Source: Marsupella aquatica (taxonomy: Eukaryota > Plantae > Marchantiophyta). Taken from it: 64,000 nucleotides of DNA. The notes under the pieces were generated by a model. The model was not told the DNA's origin and did no database searches. It worked only from the letters and a program-made list of their open reading frames with translations. Shown here in pieces: positions 34,283 through 47,880 of this stretch. Location: positions 24,798,709 to 24,862,708 of the forward strand of contig OZ316894.1 of NCBI GenBank assembly GCA_973895155.1, in the 5' to 3' direction. The first letter of the stretch is position 1. Each line of letters opens with the position of its first letter. The translations under genes were made by a program, and so were the position numbers.

Positions 34283-37200
34283 TTGCATCATCCCACAAGG
34301 ATATCACGCCATGATAATAAGCTTTGGCAGCGTGAAAGGTTACGAACCAGACTTTCAGGAGCCAGTAGGATGAGATGTCCTTGTGCAATCTGCCAAGGAT
34401 CCCGTACCAGGGGTCTGAATGAGGTTTGGCGGCATATCGCGGTTCATGGAAGAGATCCACGACATCGAGTTTGGAATGATCCTGCAGAGGGTGATTCTTC
34501 CGACGAGGAGTGGAGGTTAGAATTTGATACTGCCAATGCTGCAAGACGGGCAAGTGAGGTTCTGCTTGGTGCATTTGAAAATGTTGTAGCTGGTCTCTGT
34601 GGGTTGTCAGCTCTCCAACGGGATGGTGCTCAGGTAGCACCACGTGACGAAGGAATTCATGTGGAAGAGATGGTGAGAGACATCTTCCAAGACTTGGATG
34701 CATTTCATGATGGGCTGGACAATGAAGAGGATACGGCTGCAAATGCAAGTGTGCCCCCTGTCGAAGAGCCTCTTGATGAGTTTGAGATAGGGCAGGAAAC
34801 CCCTGGGCATGATGGGATGTTTGGCTCTCCCCTGCAAATACAGGAAGGCAGGAAGTCTTTGTACCCCGGTAGCAAATGTTCTAAACTGGGATTTGTCATC
34901 ATGTTCCTGAACATTTGCGGCAACCACAATGTCCCCAACGTTTTGGTTTCTGAGTTGTTGGCATTCTTGCGAACAACTGTGCTACCAGATGGTAATATTT
35001 TGCCCAAGAACATGTACGAGGCAAAAAGATGCATATCTAATCTTGGATTGAACTATGATTCGATCCATGCCTGTCCTGATGGGCATGTTCTTTTCAGAAA
35101 GGAGTATAAAGAATCGTTGACATGCCCTAAGTGTGGGAAGCACAGGTATCGGAACTCAGGAAAGTCTATGGTTCCCGCCAAGGTACTTCGTCATTTTCCA
35201 CTCATTCCCAGACTTCAGCGGATGTTCAGAAGCCGTGCCATCTCGGAGATGATGACTTGGGCAACTGACAAGAAAAGTGATGATGGGCTACAACGACATG
35301 CTGCAGATTCAAGGCAATGGAAACTCATAGATGAGATGTATCCCGAATTTGCTGCTGAGCCGAGGAATGTCAAACTTGGGCTGTCATTGGATGGGGTAAA
35401 CCCATTTGGAGACAAGAACAACAAATTTTCGTGCTGGCCTGTAACTATTTTGAATTATAACCTTCCTCCTTGGATGACTACAAAGCGATTTTTTGTTCTG
35501 ATGGTCCTACTGATACCAGGGCCAGACAGTGTTGTATCTGCCAACATAGATGTGTTTCTGGCTCCCCTAGTGGAGGAATTGAGAAAGCTTTGGGAGGAAG
35601 GAGTTCTCACATATGATGTCCTATAGAGGCTTGGGAGGTTAAACCCATTCATCCTTAGAGCCATTGTCATTCTGACTATAGCTGACTACCCAGCCCATGG
35701 GATGATATCAGGCCAAATAACAAAAGGATATTGTGCTTGTACTATCTGTGGGCGCAATGTCACCAGTGAGTACTCCAGAGCCCTGCAGAAAGTGATATAC
35801 ATGCATGGGCCATCGTCGTTTTCTGAAGGCAGATCACCCTTACAGAGAAAGACAGGCACTGATTGCACACTTTGGCAATGAGATTGAGCAACGTGGACCC
35901 CCGGCACGAGTGACCAAAGAGGAGATCAGGCAGTGGGGAGCACTGAGGGATGACTATATCAAACGAGGGGGCAGGGAAGATGGAGTGAGTGATCCAATAA
36001 AGCGATATGGTGTAAAAAGACTGAGCATATTGGACTTGGAGCTCAAGTACTGGAGGGTAAGCCTCTTGGAGTTGATGCTAATTGGGATACATGTTTTGGT
36101 TCAGAGCATGTGCATTCATTTCGAAGAGAGAGACTAAACTTGAGGCATTTCCTGACGCTTTTGCATTGCAACGATGCAGGAGTTTGAGCCAAGCAAACAT
36201 AACATTGATGTTATGCACATTGAAAAGAATATTTGTGAGAGTCTACTCAGATTCTTGTGTGGAGAGAAAGACACTGGTTCAGTGAGATTGGATCTTGAAC
36301 AGAGGGGAATGAAACCCCATCTTTGGTTGAGGCCACATGCCCACAGAGCTGATGTGCTCTTGAAGTACCAAGCGCCCTATGTTCTGACAGACACAGAGTG
36401 GGAACTATTTGTGCAGAGGTTGAGTTCTTTGAAGGTTCCTTCAAACTATGGCAGTGCTTTCAAGAAGCATATCATGACTAGAAAGCTTGGTAGTATGAAA
36501 AGCCATGACTACCATATGTTGATGCAACAGGTGTTGCCTTTATGCCTGAGGGGCCTGTTGCAGAAGCCTGTTCGTACTGTGATCATGCGACTCAGTGATG
36601 TGTTTCGTCGTATTTGTGTGAAGGTTTGGGATGAAACACACTTCCCACAACTGACAGAAGATGTCGCTCAGGTGCTGTGTGACCTGGAGATTTATTTTCC
36701 TCCCGCATTTTTTGATGTCATGACCCACCTACTTGTCCATGTTGTGGAAGAGCTACACCAATTTGGGCCTGTGAGTGCTCGTTGGTTGTACCCTTTGGAA
36801 CGGTACATGAAGCTACTCAAAGGTCACGTGAGAACATATTACAAACCTGAAGCAAGCATGGCTAAAGGTTACATCAAGGATGAGACTCTGGGATTTCTGA
36901 CCGAATACATAGCACAATATGAGCATGTGAAGACCAGGGTGTGGAATTCTGATGAGGAGGAAGGGGTGATAGGTGAAGTACTGGAAGGGGCTGCAACCAC
37001 AAAGAACCTGACCATATCTATGAGAGACTTGACACATGACTTTGTATTGCACAACACTGTGGTGATGGAACCCTGGATACAGTGAGTGCATACATGTGCT
37101 ATAATCCAGTTCATGAGCTTAAATGTTGTGTTCGTGTGGTTTTCTCCTTCGGCCTGTTCATGTTTACCCAAGCTAATGCTGTGTGGTTGTTCGTTCAGGG

Positions 37201-37964
37201 AGTATGAGTCATTGAAGGCGGCCCATCCCACTGCAGGAACAACTTTTCCAGGTTTCATGGAGTGGATCAGAGTGGCAATTAGAGAGCATCACGAGACCCA
37301 CCCAGACATGGATGCAGATGTTTACCTACTGTCTAATGCCCCTAGCCTGAAAGTGAAGACTTACAAACGGATGAGAGCATATGGGAATCACTTCCGAGTG
37401 AAGGATGGTGACAGTGCCTACAGGGTGACGAATGACTGCGGGCTCATCACTGTATTTGAGCAAGAGAGCCACAATCACGACAGGGCCTGGATGGAGATGG
37501 GATATGTGGGAGAATTAGTTGACATATGGGCTCTGGACTATGGGGCGGTGTCCAGTCCTGTGATTCTTATGAAAGGTTCATGGGTGCGGCAGGATTGGCT
37601 TGGTAACAGGGCTACCATGAAGAGAGACAACGACGGTTTCTTGCTGGCCAATTTCAGAGGGAAATTGCCCGAATGGTCTGAGCCATTTGTGTTTCCTAGT
37701 CAGGTGGAGCAAGCTTTCTTCCTGGATGTGGAAGACTCCCCAGGTTGGCGTGTAGTGTGTCATAAATAGGCCAGGCAACGTCGGATGGAAGGATCAAACC
37801 TTGAGTTTCATTTACACTCTCATAGTGCCTTTGATCGTCGGCGTTCAGACCAAGTGCCTGTAGTTCATGATAGCGGGGACTTCATTCCTGTGACAAGGGT
37901 AGATGCATTTGCTGAAGGAGGCGAATTCAGAGATGCAGATGCCAACAGTGTGCCTGTGCCATGA
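34283..37964 (+). pseudogene. CACTA transposase TnpD/Tnp2 (Transposase_21, DUF4218, DUF4216), disrupted
   Basis: Motifs CPCAIC, IHACPDGHVLFR...CPKCG, HAADSRQWK...EPRNVKLGLSLDGVNPF, DVMHIEKNICE, FFDVMTHLLVH...WLYPLERYM and EPFVFPSQVEQAFF. Introns 36057-36179 and 37082-37198. Premature TAG at 35624 and 37767; CATG duplication frameshift at 35800-35807. Confidence 0.95.
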
Positions 37965-38120
37965 GTAATGTGAATTGTTTGCATGGACATTAGTGAGGGG
38001 AAGGATGTGTAATAAAGTAATTCTGAAGCAACACAGATGTATGGATGGATGCCTGGTGATTGTGGTTGCATTGTGTTATACGGGGTGACCATAGATGACA
38101 TGTTTTTGTGGTCCAATAGG

Positions 38121-41100
38121 ATGGAACAGAGTGACACAGAGATGTGTGAGTATGAAAGGAAAGCTATGGAACAACGAGCATACGTGAAAGCCAAAATCGC
38201 AGAACTGGATCTGAAAAAGGATGTGGCTGAATTGTAAGGGAACGATTCTAAACTACACCCCTCCGCTGAGTGTGTGTGACATGAATAGTTCAATGTGGCA
38301 CTGAAATTGTGACTGTATTCTCATATTGGAATGTCGCAGAGCCACAGCATTTTCAAAGAAACAAAAGGAGTACGCAAGAAGGGTGACCAACACTATCTCT
38401 GGGCCTGTGCGTTGGAGTGACAGGTTGAGCAAGAAGGTCGTACCTACAATGGCAGAATGTGGAGATGACATTGATGCTGCACAGGTGGGTGCAGACACTA
38501 GACAAGAAGATGCAGATGATGAGTATTTTCCAGAGGAAATGGATGAGGATGGGGGTTATGAAGATGAATACATTGCAGAGCAGCCCCAAAAGAAACATGT
38601 AAGTAGTTTTCCCAACAAGGTTTTGAGTTAAAAACTCTTGTTTAGAGGTTTCATATGTTCAGTACTACACATATGTACCTTGCTTAGTTCCTGACATTGT
38701 AGTTGGTGATGTGATGCAGCGTCCTGCCAGTTCTGTTTTGCCTTCGAAGCCTGTGCATGCACCATACCAGCAGGGGGGGCTGACCTCTGATCAAGGTTGG
38801 CGAGGTGGTAGTAGTGGTAGATCCCAGGCTGGTGCCCAATACTATGGCAGGGGGCAAGCTCTAGGTTATGCCCGTGGTAGAGGCAGAGCAGGTCCAAACC
38901 CACAATCTCGTGGGTATGGACGTCCACCTCAACCATGGGGATGTGAGTATATATCTATATGCCAGTTCTTTGTGAAGGCATGGCACTCCTGAATTTCAGA
39001 CTGCATATCAATTTTTGACATTGTTTGGGATGTATGGGATTCAGACAACATGAAATTCTGTCCACCTGCCATTGCATGCAGATTCTGCCCAACCTGATTG
39101 GGCAAATGCTAGTAATGATCAGTTCCAATGTCCACAAGGACAGACATGGGTTGAACCAGGTTGGGAGGATGGTGGTGGGTCGTGGAATGAACAAGGTTGG
39201 GAAGGTGGTGAAGGTAATTGGCAGGGATATCAAAATTCAGTACCTACAAACGTTGGAAGAGGGGCAGGTAATGTCTGATCTTGTCAGCAATGGAAGAACT
39301 CATTATATGTGGAGTCCATTCACGTGGGGGGGACTCTGCACATGTATAATATGTGTGCAGGTTGGACAGTCGAACCATCGACTCAAGTATTCACTAATGC
39401 CCCTATGCAGATGCAGCACGGAAGGGGGACAGGTATGTCGGTGAATGTTCAGTTGTTTTCCTACAGTTTGTACTTAGTTTTCAGTACATATGTTTGCACA
39501 CACATACCTAGAAAGTGACATCATCCGGCCCCTGTACTAGGCTGGACAGGTGGTCCAGGGTCGCAACAATTTCAGAGTGCAGTCCCTGCACAGGCATCTA
39601 CAGGCAGAGCTACAGGTATGTATGTTTGAAGAATTTTTCTTGAAGTGAAGCATTGAATGTTGCCGTCATCCATTCTGCTATATGTAGTTCTCAAGCATGA
39701 ATGGCATTGTATTTTCCCAGGTGGCTTCAGAACCCCAGGTAGGGTGAATGAAGGGGTGGCCAATACAACGCCCAGTACTACCGAGAGCAGTGCACGAGGG
39801 GAGGTGACAAAGAAAGGGAACGTAAAGTTGAATGAGAGACAATGGGTGGATGCTGAGTGTCCTCGCAAGAACCGATGGCATGCTGATTTGAAAGCTGAAG
39901 TATTGCGTTGGTTAGATGTGAGTGTTATTAATTTTAAAAACCAGCATCCAAAAGATTGGAAGACTGTATGTGAAAATGTTGCTGCCAAATGGAATTATGT
40001 GGGCAGTGATGATGGCGTGGACATAGGTTGCCTAGAGAGTACAGCAGGTAAAATTATCAAGCAAGAGAGGTGGAGAATGCATAAGGCTTGGAAGGAAGGT
40101 GGGGAGAAGCCAGATATGCCTCCACCAGCCAGTTGTGATGATAAAGTGTGGGCAAGGTTAGTAGCTTATTTTGTAACAGATGCTTCAAAAAAGAAGAGTT
40201 CACAGATGACCGAGGCCAGGTTGAGTGTTCAGAACCCTAATCTGACAGGAAGGACCGGCACTGCACCGACAGCTAAACGTTTGGTAAGAATGAATGGCCT
40301 AGCTATGTAATTTATGCTACACTATGTACTATTTTTTAGTGTAAACCCATACATGTAAACTTTGTTTTTTAGTGTACGTTCCCTGAATATTGATCGATAA
40401 CTTGTGTTTGCCATGCATGTGCAGAAAGCCCAATTGGGGCAAAGCCCTTCAAAAGAAGAGTTGAGGGCTGAAATTGTGAACACCCGGGCTCAAGAGGGTG
40501 CATCTGAATCCTCCAAGCATGTAAGTTATATGAGTTCTGATTGGTAATTGAATGACCTGTGTTGAATTTCAGGTGTACACTGTATATAACATTGATTGTG
40601 CATATATTGCCCAACATTTCATATGGAGTGATTGAACCTATACCCCTATGTCATGTAGGGAGGTGGATCTTCACTTACAGAGATAAGTGGTCGTTTGAAG
40701 GCTGTCGAAACATGTCTTCCAGAGATCAATGAACGTTTGAATTCATTGACGTACTGACTTGTTCCATGTGAACTTCAAGACATTAATGGAAGCTGTTGTG
40801 TCGGTGAGAGATAAAATTGATTCCAATTCTGCAGGAGTTCCACCATCACCACTTGAGGTGGCAAAGTCGATGCACTCTTCTGGCATGCCAACGACATGTA
40901 GGCTTGAAGGTAAGGCCTTTACAACTGTGTGGGATATGATTATTAAATGTATAGTTTGAATTGACATTGTTTGTTGAATGTGTTATTTTCGGTAACATAT
41001 ATTGTGGTTGTTGTGTCCATAGAGAATAAGACAGGTGCTACAGAGAAGAAGTATGAGAACCTGGAAAATACTCGCTGTAATTTAGAGGCAACAAAGTTGC

Positions 41101-41666
41101 AGTCTGTACAAGCAACTTGTTTGACAGAGGGCAGTCAACCATGTTTGGATGAGGATGACATTGGCAAGGGAGTGGATGATATCAATGTTGGGGCAAATGA
41201 GGATATCAGCAAGCATGACAATGATACCATTGAGCCAGATTCATGCTATGTAGATCTTGACTCCATTGCAGAGATAAATGATTTGCAGAATGTATCATTC
41301 TCAATGACAGGTGTGCCTCTTGTTAAGATAAATCCAACCAAAGAGTTAGTTGGTATGACACTCCCAGGTGATGAACCTGCTACTGTGACAGTCCTAACAG
41401 AGGAACCTACTGAGCCTAGCTTCACTACTGTGAAGAGAGGAAGCATGCGCACACGAAGCAAGTCTGCTGGTGGGAGCAAAGCCACGTCAAAGGTTTCATA
41501 CAAACCTCCAAGAACAGTGCTGGCAGAAAGATCTAAGGTGGAAGTGGGGAAAGCACCTAATGCTGAGGGACAAAGTGGCTTGTTAGCTGTTGATGAGAGT
41601 GGAACACGAGTAGGATTTGCCAGAGTGCAGGTTGGTTCCGGGAGAGCGACGCCGTTCAGGAGATAG
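38121..41666 (+). CDS. CACTA TnpA/Ptta-like (Transposase_24-type) multi-exon protein
   Basis: Phase-compatible exons 38121-38233 and 38340-38598, several small Gly/Gln-rich exons, core exon ~39721-40283 (WARLVAYFVTDASKKKSSQMTEARLSVQNPNLTGRTG), and last exon to the stop at 41666. Canonical position downstream of TnpD. Confidence 0.7.
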
Positions 41667-42104
41667 ATGCGCGAGAGAGTGAAGATGGTGGGGAGCGGAA
41701 GACGGGTTGGGACTGGACCCTTGGTGCCGGTGGGTAATATGTGGGGTTTCAATGAACAATGGGCCAGTTTGAGGAGGATTAAGAAGCGCGCACCCCACGT
41801 TCTTGTGTGGTGGTTGGGTGGGGTTTTGTTTGATAGAAGAAGAAATCACCATTCTCTTATGGAAGAAAGAAAATCGCAGGAAACAGTGGGCGGGAGAACA
41901 AGGCATGTAATAGAGAACAACGAGGCATGTAATAGAGTACTTGCTGTTACTCTAACGGTGCACGAACACTCACCTTTGTCTTCCGCTTTGTCTGCTATGG
42001 CCAACAAATCCCAAAGCGCTGCCGAGCTTGGTGGTTGCTTGATGGTTGAAAGTGCGTAGCTCACGTCCCTACCTCAATGTCCAACTCAATGTGGGATGCA
42101 ACAG

Positions 42105-42210
42105 CTTCTCTTGGTCGCATCTCCTCTTCGTCGCATCTCCTCTTCGTCGCATCTCCTCTTCGTCGCATCTCCTCTTGGTTGCATCTCCTCCTTGTCGCAG
42201 CTCCTCTTGG
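42105..42210 (+). repeat. 16-bp tandem repeat (TCGCATCTCCTCTTCG), about 6 copies
   Basis: Units are directly visible. Confidence 0.8.
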
Positions 42211-45200
42211 GGTTCACAGCTAGCGCGCAGCAGCGCTCGATGGTTGACAATGCGCAGCTGAGCTAGGAGAAGAACTGAATGACTGTGGCTGCTCTTCTCT
42301 GCAGTCCAAGCACCCGGCTGGCAGAATGCTACGACACCTGAAAGAAGCGCACTTTCAGCTGCATGGCCGGGACTAGTAGAAACCGTTGACGGTGAAGGGC
42401 ATTCTCGGTTTGGACCTCCTCTCTCCAACCCCTTCTAACCCGCACCTCCAAAGTTGATTCGGGAGTTGATTAGCAATAACGTCGCTCCTATGCCAAAGGC
42501 ACCAAGAACCAAGCCAAAAGAAAGGGTTTAGCAAAGGGAGAGCGATGTAGTGTGCACTGATCAATGACTCAAAGTTGACGTCGAACCCTCCATTGCGCTA
42601 GCTATTGGCGATTGCCACACAGAGAGCAGCCGTATGTAGCAAACTGTAATGCAGATACTCCCGTCAAAGGTCGATGCGTCACACTCAGCTTTAGAGGAAG
42701 GATAAACGATTGAGCAGCATTGCATTGTGCAAAAATGTTGGAGAAGCACATTGCTTCCAGGCCCGAGCTCACCTCCTTCCCCTTTCACCACTTCGCAGCT
42801 CCTCCAAGAGACATTCACTCAAGGGCACATCACGCAGTTGCTTGCCCTCCTCAGAAGCTCAACACCACAGCCACCAAAGTTGTCAGCTCCCACTGCAACT
42901 GAACAGGTCACTACCAAAAGCCCGCTCCCACCGCAGCTGAACAAGTGAGCGACACAAGAGTGTAGGACCTCCGCCAAGCCCAGGGCAGCAGCTCAATGAA
43001 ACTCAATTTGCAACTCGTCTCACTCTCGCTCTTGCTGCAAAGAAAAAAAAGCGCAGGTCAAACTCCTTTGTGGCCTCAGTCCCCACCGCTTTCCCCAAGC
43101 TATGGACAACTACTAGCAGCTTGCGCTCACAGCATGACATCCAGGTCTTTAGCCAACTGCACACTGGAAACCGAGAGAAGTGAGCGCAGTCACGCAAGGC
43201 CAAAAAAGACCAAAGTTGAGCCAAAGCAAAACTTTACTAATGTATTTACAGTCAAGCATGAGGGCAATCAGGTAAGCAGAAGACCACGCATTCCCGCAAA
43301 GAGTTGTAGGTTCTCGTCACTTCCTCGCCTCTGTATAGAAGGTCGATCGTTGTATCTCGGGTACCCAATGATAGTGGAGATGAATGCAAATAGGCCTCAC
43401 CAATCGCCAGTCATCCGCGATAAACCTCCCGACAACCTTGCTCCTATACACCTTAGCACCCGCGTTGTCACCACAGGAAAGACGAATGTAAGATTTAGGG
43501 CCCACCTAAACCCTATAGTGAGATTGCAGTCGACAATGGGTCATATAGCAAAGGTCGAAGCTCCAAGCCCTACGCAATGACATGAAATCCCACCTCCAAA
43601 AGCGCTAAATGTATTGACTGAGTGCGATCAGGTGCAAGAGTCGAGAGCAACTGAGGAAAAGTGCATTATCGGGCGCAAAGTGTTTGGCCTTGGATTCCCT
43701 TGCAGAAACGTGAAGGAAAACCCTGGTGGTAGCCGTTGACACTTTGTGCAATTTTCCTTTACAAAATCCGTTTACCCTAAACATTGAGTCGACTGGAAGG
43801 ACTCGTTCATAGGCATTCTGCAAGCACCTAACACATTTAGACGTAAGTTCACAGTTAGGATTAAACGATAACTAAGACCAAGGGTGCATGCATTTTTTTT
43901 GGGGGGGGGGGGCTTTTAGTTGGGTATTTTGGGTATAGTCATTGGGTTAGATAAATATCCTAAGTCACCCAGATGGCAAAAAACAACACCTACCCTTAAA
44001 CTCACCCTCCTCAAGCATAAACCCTCTGAAAACCCATTGGACATTTGGAGTCATTGGCAAAAGAGGGTTAAATGGATGAAGAATGGACCGGGGGGGATGG
44101 ATGCCGACGATCCAATGGTCCCTAAACCCCCATCCCCTTAACATGCAACCCCCGACCCTTGACATCAAACCCCCCCTAAACCCCCTTTAGTGAAAACCCA
44201 GCCACCCCCTAGCCTTGACATATAAACCCCCTAAACGTCTTGACAACTCGACTGTGGCTAGACTATCTTTGCAATGCCAAGGGCCATTTTTAGAGTGCCG
44301 CTTGCAAGCTCAGGCTCTCAAGATCCTCCCAAGGCAGCAAACAAGTTAGGGTCCCTAAACATGTTCCTTTACCCTAAATCATTGCGTCACTATTTCAATC
44401 GAGTGTTCTTCGGCTGGACAACCCCCTAACCCTAAACCCACACCCCCTTGAGACCGGTACAAATCTACCTTTGTGCATCTCAGCCTTTTATAGATGGAGT
44501 TAGTAATCGATCCCTCCGTAGTCCACCCTCCATGAACCTCACTCCAAACCCTTTTTGGTCACAAATAAGGCCATTTATTGCGTTATGCCCCTTGCTATCA
44601 CCCTCTTTATAGAATTACCCCTCCTCAACATAAGTGAACATTACCCATGATGTGCTAGACTATTCACCATTCACAAAGTAGCAAGGTTACTTCTCATAGT
44701 CTTTTAGTGAACTATAAAACACTAATAGTCTTTTGTAGTCTTCAACAAAACCGGTGCAATGGGTGCGAGTCGTTTCAAGTATGGAAAAAGGACTTAGTGG
44801 GCTTAGTCCTATAAGGTATGGTCTAAATTGCCCCGGTTTCTACTAGTGTGTGAAAACTTTCCCGCTCATGAAACAACAAGACTCTCACTTTGCGGGCGCA
44901 CTCTCTCTTTCTCCAAGTCCCTCCACAAAAGCTTTTGGCAGTCAAAAGTTTAGGGCAAAAGCTATTGCCAGTTGTATCAACTTGCAATTGCGCAACATGG
45001 TTCATTGGAAGAGGGCTTCCGATAGAGAAATTGATGCAACGGCATTGCATTGTGCACTTAAGGAAAAAGAGGTCCTAAATTGGGCCCTTCAATATTCCCA
45101 TATGAAGGGGGTTCCATTTGATATTGGCTAATTATGGGGTATATATGCAGAGCAAATTTTTAAAATGAGTTAGTGGATGAAGTGAGTTTTAATATGTGTG

Positions 45201-45806
45201 TGAGCAGTATGTGACAAGTACCACTAATTGGTTGTGGTGACTTTTTTAAGGTAACTATGTATGTAGAGTATTAGGGTTTAGGGTGCATCATTATTTTTGG
45301 GGGCATGGCACAAATTTTCACACCTTTTTGAACTCAGTTGCGGCCGTGTACATGAATGTTAACTTAAATTTGGTTGGTTCTTGTCTAGCTAGAATCACAA
45401 ATTTGCCCTACTTACCTAAACTTCAATTAGGGTAAAAATGTCATGTATACTTTCTTACAGGGGAACAATAAAGAGCAACTCAGTGATGGTTAAAGCAAAG
45501 GGAGGTAACTATATATAATTGCATGACATAATGTGATTAATATGATGGATCCAAAATCATATGTATTGGGCAAGGAAATCATGTAAGTCATGGTCACTTA
45601 TATAACTTCAATATACTTGCCTTAACTCAGTTACAGAAGCAACTTTCCCAATAGTTAAATACATGACTTCCCAGAACTTCACCAAAAGTGAGTCAAGAAG
45701 ATGTAACAAAGATGACACCCTAAACCTTGGAGTCACTTATTTTCAAAGGTCTCACACAAGTCATGTAAGGCTGGGTCTCAGAATGGCTCGGTTTCTTCTA
45801 GTGATT

Positions 45807-45872
45807 AATGGCATCTTTATTTTTGGCATACCTCTCTCGCCGAGCCGCCAATACCTGGTCGGGAGGAGGCAT
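45807..45872 (-). pseudogene. Displaced N-terminal 22 codons of the Helitron RepHel
   Basis: ATG at 45872 gives MPPPDQVLAARRERYAKNKDAI, in frame across the ATT TSD with NERRRARRAQRQQQ at 26846. Confidence 0.85.
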
Positions 45873-46209
45873 GTTGGCAACGGTGCCCTCACCATAAGAA
45901 AGACCTAATTACTCCATGCTCCCGCCCATAGTCCGTTGTCTGCATCCAACGCACATATTTTGTTAGTCATTCTAATTTAAATGAGTCATTTAAATTTACA
46001 TGCCCCAATCCAAGCTTGACAAACCCTAAGTAAGTTGAATGTCGGTTGGAGGACACCATCGCAAGAGACATGGGATATTAGAAGGAGCCCAATATCCATC
46101 AAGGATACATCCTATAAGGGCCCCCTCATCCCGCCCACCCACCCAACCTTGGCGACGTTCCTCTTGCTTCGAGGAGTTGTGCCTCTTGCCCCTAAGTTAA
46201 CCCATGTTT

Positions 46210-46820
46210 GCTTACTTGGCTTTGGCCACCCCTATGCCGAGACCCCTTGGGGCAACGGCACGGCTTGGCCAACTTTTCAACTAAACATTTCGCCACTCCT
46301 TGCATGATCCCCAAACCCCATTGGTAACCCCAAAGTTTTTGTGACTTAAAGTTGTTTAACTTAAAGTCGTGGCGGCCGCTTACTTGGCTTTGGCCGCCCC
46401 AATGCCGAGACCCCTTGGGGCAACGGCACGGCTTGGCCGACTTTTCAACAGGCCTTTTTTCCTACCCCTTGCATCCCCAAACCCCATTGGTAACCCCAAA
46501 TTTTTGGTTACTTTAAGTGTCTAACTTAAAGTCGCGGCCGCTTACTTGGCTTTGGCCGCCCCAATGCCAAGACCCCTTGGGGCAACGGCACGGCTTGGCC
46601 GACTTTTCAACAGGCCTTTTTTCCTACCCCTTGCATCCCCAAACCCCATTGTTAACCCCAGATTTTTGGTTACTATACGTGTCTAACTTAAAGTCGCGGC
46701 GGCCGCTTACTTGGCTTTGGCCGCCCCAATGCCGAGACCCCTTGGGGCAACGGCACGGCTTGGCCAACTTTTCAACATGCCTTTTTCCTACCCCTTGCAT
46801 CCCCAAACCCCATTGGTACC
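46210..46820 (+). repeat. ~165-bp tandem array (3.7 copies) in the Helitron 5' non-coding region
   Basis: GCTTACTTGGCTTTGGCC starts at 46210, 46378, 46540 and 46705. Each unit contains TGCCGAGACCCCTTGGGGCAACGGCA. Confidence 0.9.
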
Positions 46821-47309
46821 TCATCCAAGCTTACTCGGCTCCTTACTCACCAACGCCACGCCCCCTTGGGGTGGTGGTGTGGTTTGCAACATTTTCCAAC
46901 TTGGATGCTTGAGAGGAGGTGGTCCCCTCATATATGCTTCTGGGGACCTGCCACCCCTGGACCACCAATGGTCCCTATATTTTGGCCCCCGACCCACACG
47001 TATTTGAGTGTTAAATTGAGTGGCAAGTGATCACGGCAAGGTCGAGGGGTTGGCGCGAAGTTGGAACCATAAGAATGAGTTCAATTAGGGCCTGTGCTGG
47101 TTAGGTTTAATGACACTTATATGACAAAGTCTAGGGCACCTGGACCTGAAATGGGTGATCAAGACGCCTGGAGTGAAATCCCGCGATAGTTTCCAACGTT
47201 GGACCGTCGGCCGTCGCTGGTTCAAATGCAGCGAGGGAAAAATGGTGAGACGGCCTCGCTTGTTGTCGGAACATCGCTGGTCCAGGCGCGGTGAGGGCTG
47301 GTTGTAAGG

Positions 47310-47880
47310 GCTGGCCGTGGCCGTGGCAGCGAGGCAGGCAGGCAAGGCAGCAGGCATGGCAGGCCGTGTTGAGCGAGGCAGGAGGTGCAGCAGCCGGCAG
47401 GCCATGGCGAGTGGGTCCGTAGCAACCCTGCTCAAGGCAGGCAGGCGCGTCAGGGCTGGTCGTGGGGCGATAGTAGAGCAGCCGAGGGAGGGAGGTAGTC
47501 AGGCACAAAGGGCGAGGGCGGTAGTTGCGCCAAGGGAGTCGGGCCGTGGCAAGGAGGAGGGAGTGCTGGCCGTGGCGGGGCTGGCCGTGGCGGGGCTGGC
47601 CGTGGCGGGGAGGAGGGAGGGAGGACTGCCGTGGCAGGGAGGTTGTCGAGCGGCCGAGGGAGGGAGGGAGTCGGGTTGCCGAGTCGGGGCAGCCGTGGTG
47701 GGGAGGTCGTCAGGTGGCCAAGGGAGCACGGCACCCTTCCAGTCCAGGCGTGAGCGAGTGGCAGGGAGGAGGGAGGGGCGGCGGTAGCCTGGCCGTGGCG
47801 GGGAGGGCGCAAGTCGTGAGGGGCGGCGGTAGTCGCGGCCAAGGGAGGGAGTCGGGCCGTGGAAGGAGGGCGCAAGAACG
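47310..47880. repeat. GC-rich low-complexity tract with repeated GGCCGTGGC in the Helitron 5' region
   Basis: Multiple GGCCGTGGC(G/A)GGG and GGGAGG units; CpG-rich. Confidence 0.7.

Larger units (their letters stand above)
26847..45803 (+). mobile_element. CACTA (En/Spm) DNA transposon, 18,957 bp, with cargo genes
   Basis: Left TIR CACTAGAAGAATCCGAG and right TIR CTCGGTTTCTTCTAGTG match at 16/17. TSD ATT at 26844-26846 and 45804-45806. Dense TGACT/AGTCA subterminal motifs at both ends. Excision restores the RepHel N-terminus MPPPDQVLAARRERYAKNKDAI-N-ERRRARRAQRQQQ in frame. Confidence 0.95.

Noticed and set aside
41900-43830. Possible minus-strand multi-exon gene inside the CACTA
   Set aside because: Some splice-like sites exist, but I could not build a consistent frame or recognise a domain.
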